A DNA stretch of 64,000 bases from Auanema rhodensis (Eukaryota > Animalia > Nematoda): contig OZ059898.1 of the NCBI GenBank assembly GCA_964057225.1, forward strand, positions 12,214,001 to 12,278,000. The letters are read 5' to 3'. Made by a program: the position numbers and the translations under genes. Positions 11,632-24,654 of this stretch are shown piece after piece (within the stretch, counting starts at the first letter, position 1; every line of letters starts with the position of its first letter). The notes beneath the pieces are model-generated. The model made no database searches. It saw only the letters and a program-made list of their open reading frames with translations, and was not told where the DNA came from.

Positions 11632-14467
11632 ATGTTTGATTCTTCAGATAACTCAGTTGTTTCACCAACAGTATGTTTCTATATTTGTCTGGATTAAATA
11701 TCTTGTTTAGGTATTAAAACTTAGGGAAGAGTTATCGGCAATAACATGCTCTACTGCAGCAGAGTTTTTCGCCGGTGTGAGAGAAGTAAAAATGTCGATC
11801 CTATTGTTATAAACATGAATTCATAATTTAGATAGCTAGGAACTATGATCAACGCTTTGCAGTTATTGAGACTGAATTAGCTATAGTTCAACAAACGCTT
11901 CCGGAGAAGCTGAAAGAATTAAAAGAGTATTTGTTTTAATTGCTTATTCCTCTAACTGATATTTATAGAGCAAAAGAAGAATTGCTCGATTTAAAAAACC
12001 AAATAGTAACGCTTCGAGATGGTTATGTGAGTGAAGCGAAAACTATTTTGGAATCATTAAAAAAGGTTTTATTTCTTGGCCACGCCATAGATTTAGCAAA
12101 ATATTTAGAATGTCCCTTTTGCTGTGGAGAAAATGGAAAGTATTGCACAGAAGAAGGAACAGCTTAGAAAGTATGTAATCCACTTTTACAAGAAAAACTT
12201 TGATTTTCAGACTGGAATGCTTGGAGCAAGGAAACTTGCTTTTATCTCAATGCGAAAAGGCAGTAGAATTAAAAAATTTATCTGACACTCAAAAGTTTTT
12301 TGCTGCTCTATTGGATCAGTATAAATTAGTCATGGAAGTTCGTAAAACATCGTTTACCGTAATGTACTTAGTATTTAAGTTTGGAGGTGAATCTTTGACA
12401 GAAACGTTTGAAGAATCATTCCATTCTATATGTTCGGAAGTCAAAAATTACGCTGATAATGGGATAACTTCAGTGTTAACCAAGTTAGGTTTTCCATTTG
12501 ATGATTCTCTAGGTATTTCATTTTTCGATATCTTATTCCTCATTTGTAAACATAGATTATAATGTTATGAAATCGGATATATCAACGCTTATAAGCTACA
12601 TTGTTCTATTATATCAATCTTATGACTGCAAAGCTGAAGGCTCGGGGTAATTTTATTAGTGCATGTGTTTTTTAAAGCTCTTTTTTCAGCATTGAAGCCA
12701 TCTATTCTGCAATTTTTGACCCTATTCGGAAAAGATTTTTATATTTTTTCTATGGAGATAGAAAAACTAATGATATTAGTAAACCTCAGTGGTATACTTT
12801 TTCTATAATGCTAAGCTTATGTTATGTTTAACTCAGGTACTTTTCACTAGTCTTATCTTGGTTCCAAACTTCGTTACCCTTCTTTGAACTTGTTATTTCT
12901 GGAGTTGCTGAGTATTTGGTTAGCATTATTCAATTTTTTGTTCTAATTTTTTGTCATAATTTCAGCGCATTAATCTAGAGCCTGCTATATACTTTCATCG
13001 TTCTTTATCCGACTTGATTATAGAAAAAACAGAATCTTTGTTGGACAATGAGGACATCTTGCAAAAAACCTTTTTATTTTCTCATTTAGTCGACGAATGC
13101 ATATCATACGAAGAACATAAATCTCGTAAGCTTATTTTTGTAATGTTATAATCCTATATTTTCTCAAGAAATCGATCTTTGCCAGTTTGGAAAGAGCGTT
13201 TTGGATTTACTTTGTCGTCATGATATACTTCTGATTTGGCTGACTGTATGCTTTTCCTTTCTTTCAGTTTTACTTGGTAATTTATTTTTAAGATTGAGAA
13301 AGATTGTTGCATAACCAAAATAGATGATATGCTAGCAAACCCAAATAGATGGCAAAATAGGTATGCTTTATTAGAAGATGCGGATCAGGTAATGATGATT
13401 ATATACATATGAAAGTTAATGATTAATGTTTAGTACTGCGTTTGTGAATGTGCTGAAGCATTCGTTTCTCTCATTCAGGGTCTCCAACAAAGATCTAGGC
13501 TGTTAACTGACGAAAATGCTCAGCGACAATTTGTAGATTTACAACTTATTCTAGTCGACGATTTCCGTCAGCGTTTAGTCCAAATAGCAAGTCAAGCAGA
13601 ATCACCATGGACAGAGCCTTATCCCCAAGTAATGAATGCTATTTGGTTTGACCTTCTCTAGGTTTTGATCACGAAACTCATCTGTTATAGGTATTTGCAT
13701 GACGTTGTTGAGGAATGGAATGAAACATTTGTTTTAGCTGGAATTCATCCATTGGGTAATCGAAAACCCGTGTTTCAGATTAGTAAACAGTTCTATGAGT
13801 GAGTATATCAAATAATCGGCTATGATCTGATTTTCTGTTTTAGGCACGTATGGGCTCAAATGGCGGACGATGTGGTAACATCCCTGAATGTTCAATGCAA
13901 AGGTTTGATTACTGATTATCAACAACAGAGATGGTAATGGTCTTCATTATGATTGTAAGCCAGCATTTCATACTTTTAGGAGCTCTATGGATAGCAAGGC
14001 TTTGAGTGTGGAAAGAGATATATCTGCTGCTTTTTGTCCCTTACTAATGAAGATCAGAACTTCCTTCTCCAATGTTGGCAATCACTATTCTAGAGTTGGT
14101 TTTAAATTACCATTCCGGTCATAAATATATGTCTATAGGTCTCGGTTGCAAAGTTATTCATGAAAATGACTTCTGTGGTTGGTCAATTGTTATTAGATGT
14201 TGTTCAAGGAACCTCTTATAAGTTGGTATAATCGCGTGATTCAAATAAATTTTCATTTTCAGTGCGGAAGGTGGTGCTCAGATGCTACATGACATTGAGA
14301 AAGGACTTTTACCTGCTTTGAATTTTATATTTTCCAGATGTGGGGTGACCAACTTTAGAGCCGAACATGATAAGGTATGGTGCTAAAAGTTTGTTGAATC
14401 TATTTCTTAAAATTTATTTCAGCATTTTATTCAATTGATTGGCTCACTATCCCCGCAAACATCCTAA
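11632..14467 (+). CDS. RINT1: RINT1/TIP20 ER tethering (NRZ complex) protein
   Basis: PIRKRFLYFFYGDRKTNDISKPQWY, FSHLVDECISYE, QFVDLQLILVDDFRQRL, YNAEGGAQMLHD match RINT1 motifs. The 3' end is uncertain and looks short. Confidence 0.88.
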
Positions 14468-14697
14468 CAAAGTCCATGTGTTATGCTATTCATAATTTTA
14501 GTTAATAACTAGAGCGGGATTTTATATAATTTATTCATTAAAAATGTATTTTACGGGTTAGTAAATGGTTTTACGATGAAGGATTAAATTTAAAACTGTT
14601 TTTGTTGTTCCTTAAATAAGTTGAAGAGTTTCATCATATAATACTGATTCTAGGAATCACTTTAACAAACTTATATTATAACTTATATTCTATCAGA

Positions 14698-15461
14698 ATG
14701 CATCAAGATAGTATAGAAGTTATCCCAATTATTATTGGTCACACCAATCTGCCTAGAGCTACAGGATCTGTGAGTTTTGAAGTGAATTTTGAATTATTCT
14801 TTTCTCTCAGGTAACTTTAGTCCGTACCCAAGGCTTTACCTTATTAGTTGACTGTGGAGATCCATGGAATGGGGAAGAATTACGTGAAAAATTAATTGCT
14901 GCTGGCACAGCATCAAATCAGATAAGTATTTGATGAAACTAAAGTTTTTTCTCATTGTTGAAGTGTATATTATTAATTTCTTTTCACATTACTCATGTTG
15001 TAATTACACATGGCCACATCGATCATTGCGGCAATGTGAATATGTTTCCTCAAGCAGCTTTTTTTATGGCTCGTGATATCGCCAGTAATCAAACATATTC
15101 TGAACTAAAAGAAGTATGTTTACATTGAGCGATAGTTTTATAACTACTATCTTAAGAATAAAAAGATATTGTTCCCTGATGTGGAACTTCATGTGTTTAG
15201 TGGTCATACAGATTGCGATCTAGTTATTCTAGTCAAGAACACGAAATATGGAACAGTGGCTATCACTGGTATTAACAAACTTTGCAACATTTAGTGTAGA
15301 TATAACTTTTAGGTGATATTTTCGAGAATGAGCACGACGAAGAGAGCTATGTAGAATTTTCACAGTACCCAGAACGTCAAGCTGTTAGTAGAATGTTAAT
15401 TAAGCAAGTTGCTGATTTTATTGTACCAGGACACGGTCCTATTTTTTCCGTCAGAAAATAA
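14698..15461 (+). CDS. MBLAC1: Metallo-beta-lactamase domain protein 1-like
   Basis: LLVDCGDPW, ITHVVITHGHIDHCGN (HxHxDH), GHT, TGDIFENEHD, ADFIVPGHG. Best model needs an AT-AC intron at 14922-14987. Confidence 0.88.
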
Positions 15462-15857
15462 TATATTTTTGCGAAACTCACAGCAAATGTAAACAATTAT
15501 TTATTATATGAATATTCGGACAAACTTTTTATCTTGTCGTTGTTAATTGTTGTTAGATTTACGGAGATAAAGTTTGCATATCATGTATATTATTAAATAT
15601 TATTCTGTGTCATTTCAGAATACTTTATGATGAATTATAACGGTTAAAATAAAATCGAAGTCTGAAAAACTGAATAATGAAGCTAATTTGTTTAAAATGA
15701 ACTTACCTATTCGCGCACACAATTGTGGGCGTGTCTTTTTTGAAGCTATATAGTACTATTTGCAACTTTATCAAAGCTTTCAAATTTAATATTTTTATTC
15801 ATAGAACGAATAATTTTTTTTCAGTGTCTTTGTAGCAGGTTTTATTATTGTTGATAG

Positions 15858-18800
15858 ATGTCCAGATGTATACCACTATTCACATTAGTAAGGAGGTATC
15901 CTAGTAGTTTGCCGGTAAGAAGCTATTCAAATTTATGTTTCATGTTATTCTTTCAATTAAGAACGTATCTAGTTCACACAACACGATTCGATGTTGTTTT
16001 TCATCACAAAATAGGCGTGGAAATGGACGGGTATCTGGAATTGCTGCCAAGAAAAGAGTGCCTGGTTAGTTATAACTGGAATTAATGATAGAAGTTCGAG
16101 TTTGCAGGCGTTCCAGCTGATCGAGGTGGTGCCCAAATTGATGATTTAGTGATAGCCAAATCAGTTGTTCCCTCAAGAGTAGCTTCGACGGGTATAGAAG
16201 AATTTATAAAAGGAATAGATATGGTAATAATCAAGGGGATTTGGAAATAGTAACTTCGTTTTAGAGTTCGGTTGGTTTAGCTCTCGATGAGTTTAGTAGA
16301 CGACCATTAGTTAGACAGTTAGCCGCTGAACATGATATTAGTATGAAATTATTTATGCCTGCTTACAAATCATTTAGACAACATTGTTTATCAGATACGG
16401 TAGTTTTATAAAAGTTTATGTTGTTTTTATATCTTGCATTCCAGGGTGGAGTTGAACCAGCTCTTCTTGCTAAATTTCATGATATTTTGAATGAAAATCA
16501 TGAGGTTGATGGACTATTTCCTTATTTTTTGGCACATGCTCGTAAGGTTGTCTTTTTGTCTTGTAAACACTTGTTAAATCATGACCAGTCCAGGTTTTTC
16601 CGCATTTGGAAGCCATGGATGATTTGAGACTTATATCGGATTTGACTCAACCTCATAATTGGTATCCTGAGGCAAGAACGATACAGAGAAAAATTATATT
16701 CCATGCAGGGCCTACTAACTCTGGTAAAACATATCATGCTCTTAAAAGGTAATAATTATGAAATTATGAAAAAAATATTTTCATATACAGATTTCGTGAA
16801 GCAAAAAGTGGTGTTTTTTGTGGCCCATTGAAACTGTTAGCAGCTGAAGTTTTTCAAAAAAGTAATGAATCTGGTTTAAAATGTGATATGGTCACTGGAG
16901 AAGAGCGTCGGTTAGTTTCTTTAACTCTTTTTCTGTTTTTATTTTCCTCTTTCACAGATTTGCCGTTGACAATCATCATCCTTCAGCTCATCTTTCTTCA
17001 ACAGTCGAAATGTTAAGTACCCAAATGAGAGTCGAAGTAAGTTTGTAGTTTGTTTTTTTCTTATTTTTGATAAATAGGTGGCTGTGGTTGATGAAATTCA
17101 AATGCTTCGGGATGAGCAAAGAGGTTGGGCTTGGTCAAGAGCTCTTTTAGGGGTTGCAGCTGATGAGGTGAGCAGTTGTTGCTTTATACGGTTTCATAAT
17201 TTTGAATTTACTAGGTACATTTATGTGGTGAACCTGCAGCTATTGATATTGTGAAAAAACTACTAGAGCCTATTGGGGAACATGTAGAGGTAATTGACTT
17301 AATATAGTTTATATTTTAAAAAAATATTCCAGGTACGATATTACAACAGAAAAACACCTCTTAGAATAGCTGATCAGGGTCTGGGAAGTTTAGATCATGT
17401 ATGTTTGGATCTAATAATTTATTAATGTAATATATCTATTTCAGATTCAGCCTGGCGATTGTATTGTATGTTTTAGTCGCAAAGCTATCTTTGCACTAAC
17501 CAAAAAATTGGAAAAGTTGGGAATTAAACCAGCTGTTATATATGGTGATTTACCACCAGGCACAAAATTGGCTCAGGCAGCCAAATTTAATGACCCTGAT
17601 GATCCATGTAATGTTTTGGTACGAGCTCTTCAATAACCTAACCATTTAAAAATTTAATTTCGTTTAGATTGCCACTGATGCTATTGGAATGGGATTGAAT
17701 CTTAACATAAAGAGAGTTATTTTTGCCGGTTGCACGAGACAGGTTTTGAATTTTTAACTTATTTTTATGAAGTATACTGCTATAGGGAGAACTTTTACCT
17801 AATTATTCTGCTCTTCAAATTGCTGGACGTGCTGGAAGGTACGGTACTGCCTATGAAAATGGAGTAGCTACAACATTGAGAAATGAAGATATAGGAATCC
17901 TCAAAGATATTTTGGCTCAACCGGTATTTTAGTTTCCGCTTTTTTTCTTGGAGTAAACAACATATTTGAGGTTGAACCAATAAGTTCAGTTGGAATATCC
18001 CCAACTTTTGAACAAATTGAAACTTTTTCTTTCCATTTGCCTCAAGCCTCTTTTGTTCATTTACTTGACCTATTTGTTTCTGTGTGTTCGATTTCTGATC
18101 ACTTTTTCATCTGTACTGTGTCGCAGATGAGGGAACTTGCAGAGCTTATTGACTATATTCAATTACCTCTTAAGGTTTGTGATTCTGATATTTTGAAATT
18201 AACCAATGAATTAGGTTCGGTATACATTCTGCATATCACCACTCAATGTTGATAACAAGTTATCAGCAACAGCTTTTGTGAAAATGGCAAGGAGATTTTC
18301 TTCTGGACAGCCTCTCACATATGATTGGTTAATGGATCTCTTGAGTTGGCCTCCTCAGTCACCTCGTAATCTCAATGATCTTGTTAATCTAGAAAGAGTA
18401 TGAGGGTTATGTTTAAATGATAATTTATATTTGCAATTTGAAGATATACGAAGTAATGGATGCATATTTATGGCTGAGCTTACGTTTTCCAGATATGTTA
18501 CCTGACGAAGAATTCGTAAGGTATTTCTTTGTTTTTTTTCGCTCTCAAAAGTATAAAAAAATGTTGCAGAGAATCCACTAGAGAATTGGATCTTATGATT
18601 CAAGAAGGGATTGACAGTTTGAATGATCTTCTAGCAGATCCTCATGATAGTAAACAGGTAATTTCATTTTTCTCTTTGTATTTACATTTTTTCCATATTT
18701 TCAGAGTTCAATGTTGAAGAAAGCTAAAGCACGAGCCCAAACACAATCTGATAAGAAAGAATTTGAAAAAAAAAGCGCGGAACTAAAATTACCAGAAAAA

Positions 18801-18955
18801 AGAAAAGGAAAGAGAAAGTAATATTTTTATAACTGTTCATTCCAACTATATTGAGTATATTTAGGACTGTAATTGAATCTATAATGGAGCGTACCGGTTT
18901 AACAGAGGAAGAAGTGAAACAACTTAAGGCAGAGTTGGAGAAAAGCAACGATTAA
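15858..18955 (+). CDS. SUPV3L1: Mitochondrial SUV3 RNA helicase
   Basis: [71 protein letters not shown]. Confidence 0.96.
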
Positions 18956-19172
18956 TTATTAGTTTTATTAATATAGTAAAGCCTAGGATATGATTCAAAG
19001 GTTTTGTTAGGATTCTAGTTGTTATTGTTGATATTTGTTTTTGTTGTCTAATGAATTTGCAAAAATACTTATATTAAGTACTTGTTTTCTTATACCAACC
19101 ATTTTGGTTTTTCCAGTAAATACTATATGTTGTAGTTCTTAAGCCATTATAAAATAATTTAAAAGTGTCTAG

Positions 19173-21359
19173 ATGTCAAAGGATTGTTCTTCAGGTGAGG
19201 AGGGAAGTGATCAGAATGTGGTAACTTATTCATATATCCTCCTAATAATGATCTTAATATGTACAGCAAATGCTAAGCTCTGAAAACATTTCCAACAGCG
19301 GAGTATCTCTGGAACCCAATGTATTTGTTTCCGGTTATTTGGTTATTTTCTTTACATTTTAGATACATAATTATATTGAAGCTGATATGTTATCTGATAT
19401 AACCGAAACTTTGTCTAGAATATGTGATCAGATTACAAACCCTGCAGACACTGAGCCAGTGTGGAAAAAACGAAAGATGAATTCTGGTTTATCTGGTATC
19501 CTAGCACAAGTAATTTAGTCTGGAAATTGCTATCAAATTTATTAATATGTAGTTGCGTGGAGACCAAAATAGTACAGTAACAGAAGATAAGCCAGAGGAT
19601 GAGATTCCTGTTGATTGCTCCATTACAAATGTAGATTTATCGAAATTAAATCGTAAAGAGAGAAGAGCTTTAATGCAAAAGCAAAAAGAACTAGAAAACT
19701 CACAGAAGGTTGTTAATTAACATTTATTATCTTGATAAAGTTTTCTATCAAGTTATAGAATGAAGCTTCTGAATCACCTGATATTGTAATACCTCAAATT
19801 CAGTACACTTCTTTTTCAAATGATGGTAAACCTGAGCATTTATACAGGTTCATATATCCTAGATTAACTGGTAATACTGAGTAATTTTTAGTGAGAAAGA
19901 ACTTTTTTCCAAGGGTGCTCCAGATCTTGGCTTCAATGTTTGTGATAATAATTATGTAAAACAAGTTATATTTTCGCCGTATGGTCAGTATCTGGCTAGC
20001 ACTTCACAAGATAGGAAACTTCGTACTTTTCGATTCGATGAGAATAATAATACGGTAGAATTATTGTATATTTTTGTATAGTAAACGTTGGTTGTTTAGT
20101 TATCATTGGCTAGTACTATTCCTCAGGGTGACTGTATCCATGAGACAACTTGGCATCCATGCGGTGATTTAGTAGCTGTCACCTCAAAGTTTCACCCAAT
20201 TCATTTATATGATGTAGACGGTGAGCGCAAAGCAAGCTATAGAGGAATTAATCATTTAGTTAGTTTTTTTTATATTAGATTAATAACATTTATCGATAGT
20301 TCAATATTGTGACAAATGTGATTGTGATTTCATTTTTTAATATTCGAGGACATTGACGGCTTCGAAATTGTTATTTTCAGGATGAATTGGCCTCAGCAAT
20401 TAGTATTTCTTTTTCAAAAGATGGTGAAACTTTATATGCGGGTTATAAGAAAATAATACGAGTTTGGGATGTTAGAAACCCAGGAAAACAGTCATATAGT
20501 ATTGATACCTTCAGTATGTTTATTCTCAGCATTTCAAATTGCTTACGGGTATTATAGGAAAAAAGCCGTATGGATGTGGACAAAATGCTTTAATAAGTTC
20601 AATAGCCATGCATCCTAACAATTCCACCTTTGCTGTGGGCTCCTATGGACCATATAGTAGTAGAAATAGATTTCACGCATATTAAGTTAACTATTTACAG
20701 TTGCTCTCTATTCAAAAAACTCTCGTTTTTACGAATATTTATTCGGTGGAGATTTTTCCGCTGTCACTGACTTAAAATTTTCATCGGATGGCACGAAATT
20801 GTTCAGCTGCGGGAGAAAAGTAAGAGCGCCTCTTGGTCATTCAATAAATATACGGATCAATCTGTTCATTTTAGACAAATTCAATAATATGTTGGGATGT
20901 CCGTAATCCGGGGAAGGTCTTATACACATTACAGCGACCTTTCAACACCAATCATAAAGTGTATTTTGATCTCGATACGTAAGATAAAATTATAGTATTC
21001 ATATTACGATATATTTTTAGAACAAGCCACTTTCTTTTCTCTGGCACATCAGATGGTGAGATTGCGGCTTTTAACTTAGAGGGAAATGATAGCGAACGTC
21101 AACCCTTATCCTTAACTAAAGTGTCAGAATGTGCTATACCATCTTTAAGGTAAACATAAACACATTTTAGTAAAAATTAGGTTTAAAAAATTGAACATAT
21201 TTCAGCACTCATCCTAGTCTTCCTATTGTCGCTTGCTGCACAGGTGAAAGAGTTTTTCCATTTCCTGATGTAGATCATGAAGAAGAGCATATATCCGGGT
21301 ATACGGATATTCGTAAGACAAATATGTTGCAAAATGGTGTACATTTATGGAAATTTTAA
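19173..21359 (+). CDS. WRAP53: WRAP53/TCAB1 WD40 Cajal body (scaRNA/telomerase RNA) protein
   Basis: NNYVKQVIFSPYG, HPIHLYDVDGERKASYRGINHLDEL, IICWDVRNPG, TNHKVYFD, HPSLPIVACCTGERVF. Confidence 0.9.
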
Positions 21360-21880
21360 AGCTAATATTATTTAAATAAAATTTTTATAACTATATTAGT
21401 ACTTCTGAGACAGGCAAAGTAGTACGGTTATAAAGATACATCGAAAAGTTATTACTAGAAATCATATAAGCGGCTAACTATTATTAATTGAAACAGTTTC
21501 AACATATTATATGAAATATTTGAATCATAGCATACAAAAAAAATAAATTATTTTAAAGACTTCTATTTAAAAAATGATACAACCAAATATATAAATGGTA
21601 GATTACTTAAAAATTACTAGAATTTTGGTAGATATTGTGATTAAAAACTGCCGTTTTATGGTTAGTATTCTTGATTCCTTTATATATTACGGAGGAGAGA
21701 AAAGAGTTCAGGAGATCCCCTCAATAGGTTTCCTTCACTCGTACGTTGTTTACAAATTCTATCGTTGGGAAAAATGTATGTCATCGTTTTCAAATTGTAG
21801 TTCTTAGTATTGCTATTATTTTGTTCTTAACTCATTTGTTTTAATTTTATATTAATTTAATTTTTATATATTTTAGAATT

Positions 21881-23009
21881 ATGGCTTCAGCTGCTGTTCA
21901 TGAAAATGCTAGGGACATCAATGCCGACAAGGGGGGTGCTTTTGATTTCTCTAACTGCATTAGAAACATGGCTATTGTGAAGTAAGCTTTATTTAAACTG
22001 TTTCTATTCTTTTTCCTTGATTGTGTTTATTAAATAATAAAATCACAATTTTAGGATGGGTGCTCCTGCTCCTAAGCTTCGTTCTACTGGTACCACCATT
22101 GTTGCTGCTACTTATCAGGTTAAAAATCTTTTGGTATATGAATATCGAATTTTTTGTAGGGTGGTTTGGTCATGGGTGCTGACTCCAGGGCTACCGCTGG
22201 TAATATTATTGCCGACAAGCATTGCGAAAAAGTTCATTACATTACTGATGCTATCTATGCTTGTGGAGCTGGAACTGCTGCTGATCTTGACCAGGTTTTG
22301 ATCACAAAAGACTTAACTTCATTGATTTTTTTTCAAGGTCTGCAAAATGATTTCTGGAAATCTTCGTCTTCAAGAAATTCAAACTGGCCGAAAAGCACGT
22401 GTTATTACTGCTTTGCGTAGAGTCAAGCAACATTTGTTCAATTATGGTGGACATGTCGGAGCATATCTTCTTATTGGTATTAGCTTTATTAGTATGTATC
22501 CTAATTAATATTCCTTTTCAGGCGGAGTAGATCCAACTGGCCCACATCTTTATGAATGCTCAGCTAATGGAACTTCAATGGCTAAGCCGTTTGCTGCTCA
22601 AGGATCGGGTAGTTATGCTGCTATCACAATTCTTGAAAGAGATTTCAAAACTAACATGACCGTGAGTTTTTGTTTATCTTGTTTTAGAAATTTATGTGAA
22701 GCCTTAATTTCAGGAAGAGCAAGCTGTTGAACTGGTACAAAAAGCTCTTCATGCAGGTATGCACGGAGATAATGCTTCTGGAAACAGTTTGAACTATGTA
22801 GTAATTACTCCAGAAAAATCAACTTTCACGGTAAAAAAATACTTTGAAATATTTTCTAGTTTTATTTTCAGGGACCAGTTGTTCCTGATTTCTGTAAGAA
22901 GCCAGAACCCGTAGATTTGGATTATGCATTCAAGAAAGGAAGCACCAAGGTTTTGAAGCAAAAGAACATCAAGTACGAAATCGTTGAATCTATGGATATC
23001 AGCCATTAA
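21881..23009 (+). CDS. pbs-2: 20S proteasome beta2 subunit (PSMB7)
   Basis: [11 protein letters not shown] propeptide, STG/TTIV catalytic Thr, [24 protein letters not shown]. Confidence 0.97.
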
Positions 23010-23645
23010 ACTTTGTTCGGGAACACAGACTGGTTTCTTTTATTTATTGGTAATTTAAAATGTGTATGTTCTCGGTGTTTAACCTGAAATATTCTCCTCA
23101 ATGAAATAAATAAATTTTGTATTAATTTAAATTATTTTATATTCAAGGTCAGCTCTGCCTTGTATCATATTTTGAAAATTTTTCAATATTATGTAGGCAA
23201 AGGTAATTACTGGTTATAATATGAATTTTTCTTAATTTAATTGAAACTGATCTCATTGCACTTTCCATAGCAATCCCTCCCCTTACTCAATCAGGTTCTG
23301 ATTCCGGCCCGAGTTGAGGGTGTCGATAGGAGTGTGGCAGATAGCAACGCGAAACCACTTATTTTGAGAAAACGTAATGCTTGAGCAAAACCTATGCCAA
23401 TATGGACTTCCTGCTTGGGGAAATGTACCTACTTTAATTTGATTATATTAATTTTGATATGTTGTTATGTTAGCATTACATTGTAGATATATGATTTGTC
23501 CCATTTTACTTATTATATGTGTTTAGTGTATATATTTGTTGGGATTTAGCCTGTAAGGATTATTTATTTTGACAGTAAGTTAGTTAAAAGGTAAAAAATC
23601 TTTGAAATTTCATGAACAACTGTTATCATTTAGAAAAAAAGGGAG

Positions 23646-24654
23646 ATGTCTTATTTTGATGAACATGATGTTGATAATGACAACTCTGCGTCGGGCGTTG
23701 AACGAGAAGGTGAGAAGTTTTACCGAATATTTAGAAAAACATCGTATTTTAGATGAGCCGGTACCTGCCTTTAGTGTCGGAGCCCATGAAGATGCTATAA
23801 GGGAGTTAAGGCAGTCAGACGTGAGAGATGTATCAGATCCAAACGGTAATACTTTGTTAAATTGCTTTTCTTACTCTTGTTTTCTACAGAGGAATGTCTT
23901 ATTTGCTTTGAAAAGTTTGGGCTTTATGAAAATATTCGAACCAGTCCTTATGCTTCCCTATTAACTATGCCCTGTGGGCACTATTTTCATTCAAAATGCT
24001 TACATGGATGGTTAAGACAAGTTAGTCTCTCGATGACATATCCTTTACATAATAAGTGATTTGATAGGCTCATACCTGCCCTCTATGCCGCCATAAGCTT
24101 CAACCAGCCGGCGACGCGCCTCCGAGTGCAGGAGAGGTTAATTACAGCGTTTCATATTTGCAAAACTAATGATAAATTTAATTTTTAGCCTATTTTTTTG
24201 GGAACAACTGACCTGCAAACGATTGAAGCTTTTGCTCCGGACCCCTATGGATCTCCAGAAGAACGCTATAACGTACCGTAGAATACTAAATATTAAAAGT
24301 TTTGTTATATTTATTTATTCAGCAATTCCGAACTAGATCTCAATTCCTCCTAACTAATGCTGCATTCATGAGGATTTACCTACGTAACAGAAGAGAGAGG
24401 GCAGGCATGGGACCACCCGAAGACTATGGAATCGATACGGTATATTGATAATTTAGAACATTGAGTTTTTTTTTTTTTAGAGTTTGCTTAACTATGATAG
24501 TGAGTCAGGTTCATACGTTGATAATTCTAACAGTTCAACTGGAAATAATCAGGTAGATTCATATTTAATCTTATTTTAAATACTATGCTTTCAGAATCGC
24601 CGTAATGATGAGCCTCCTCCCGATAACGACGGAGCCTCGGGAATGTATGTATAA
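23646..24654 (+). CDS. RNF181: RING-H2 E3 ligase, RNF181-like
   Basis: N-terminus MSYFDEHD, RING-H2 CLIC..MPCGHYFHSKCLHGWL..TCPLCRHKL, C-terminus GMYV-stop; middle and tail divergent. Confidence 0.8.

Larger units (their letters stand above)
10912..11639 (+). repeat. Diverged direct tandem duplication, period about 362 bp
   Basis: 10912-11273 aligns by eye with 11274-11639 along its length (ACAACAT, ACTGTAAGTCCTGTTGA, TGCGCTCCAATCGTG, TGTGTCATTTTCAT); tRNA identical, flanks diverged. Confidence 0.93.

Noticed and set aside
22906-22923. AACCCGTAGAT resembles the 5' end of mir-100/mir-51
   Set aside because: Lies inside the last coding exon of pbs-2, diverges after 11 nt, no hairpin.
23388-23400. 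CCTATGCC as a telomerase RNA template near the TCAB1 gene
   Set aside because: Mismatch to a TTAGGC template, and no pseudoknot or 3' ACA box evident.
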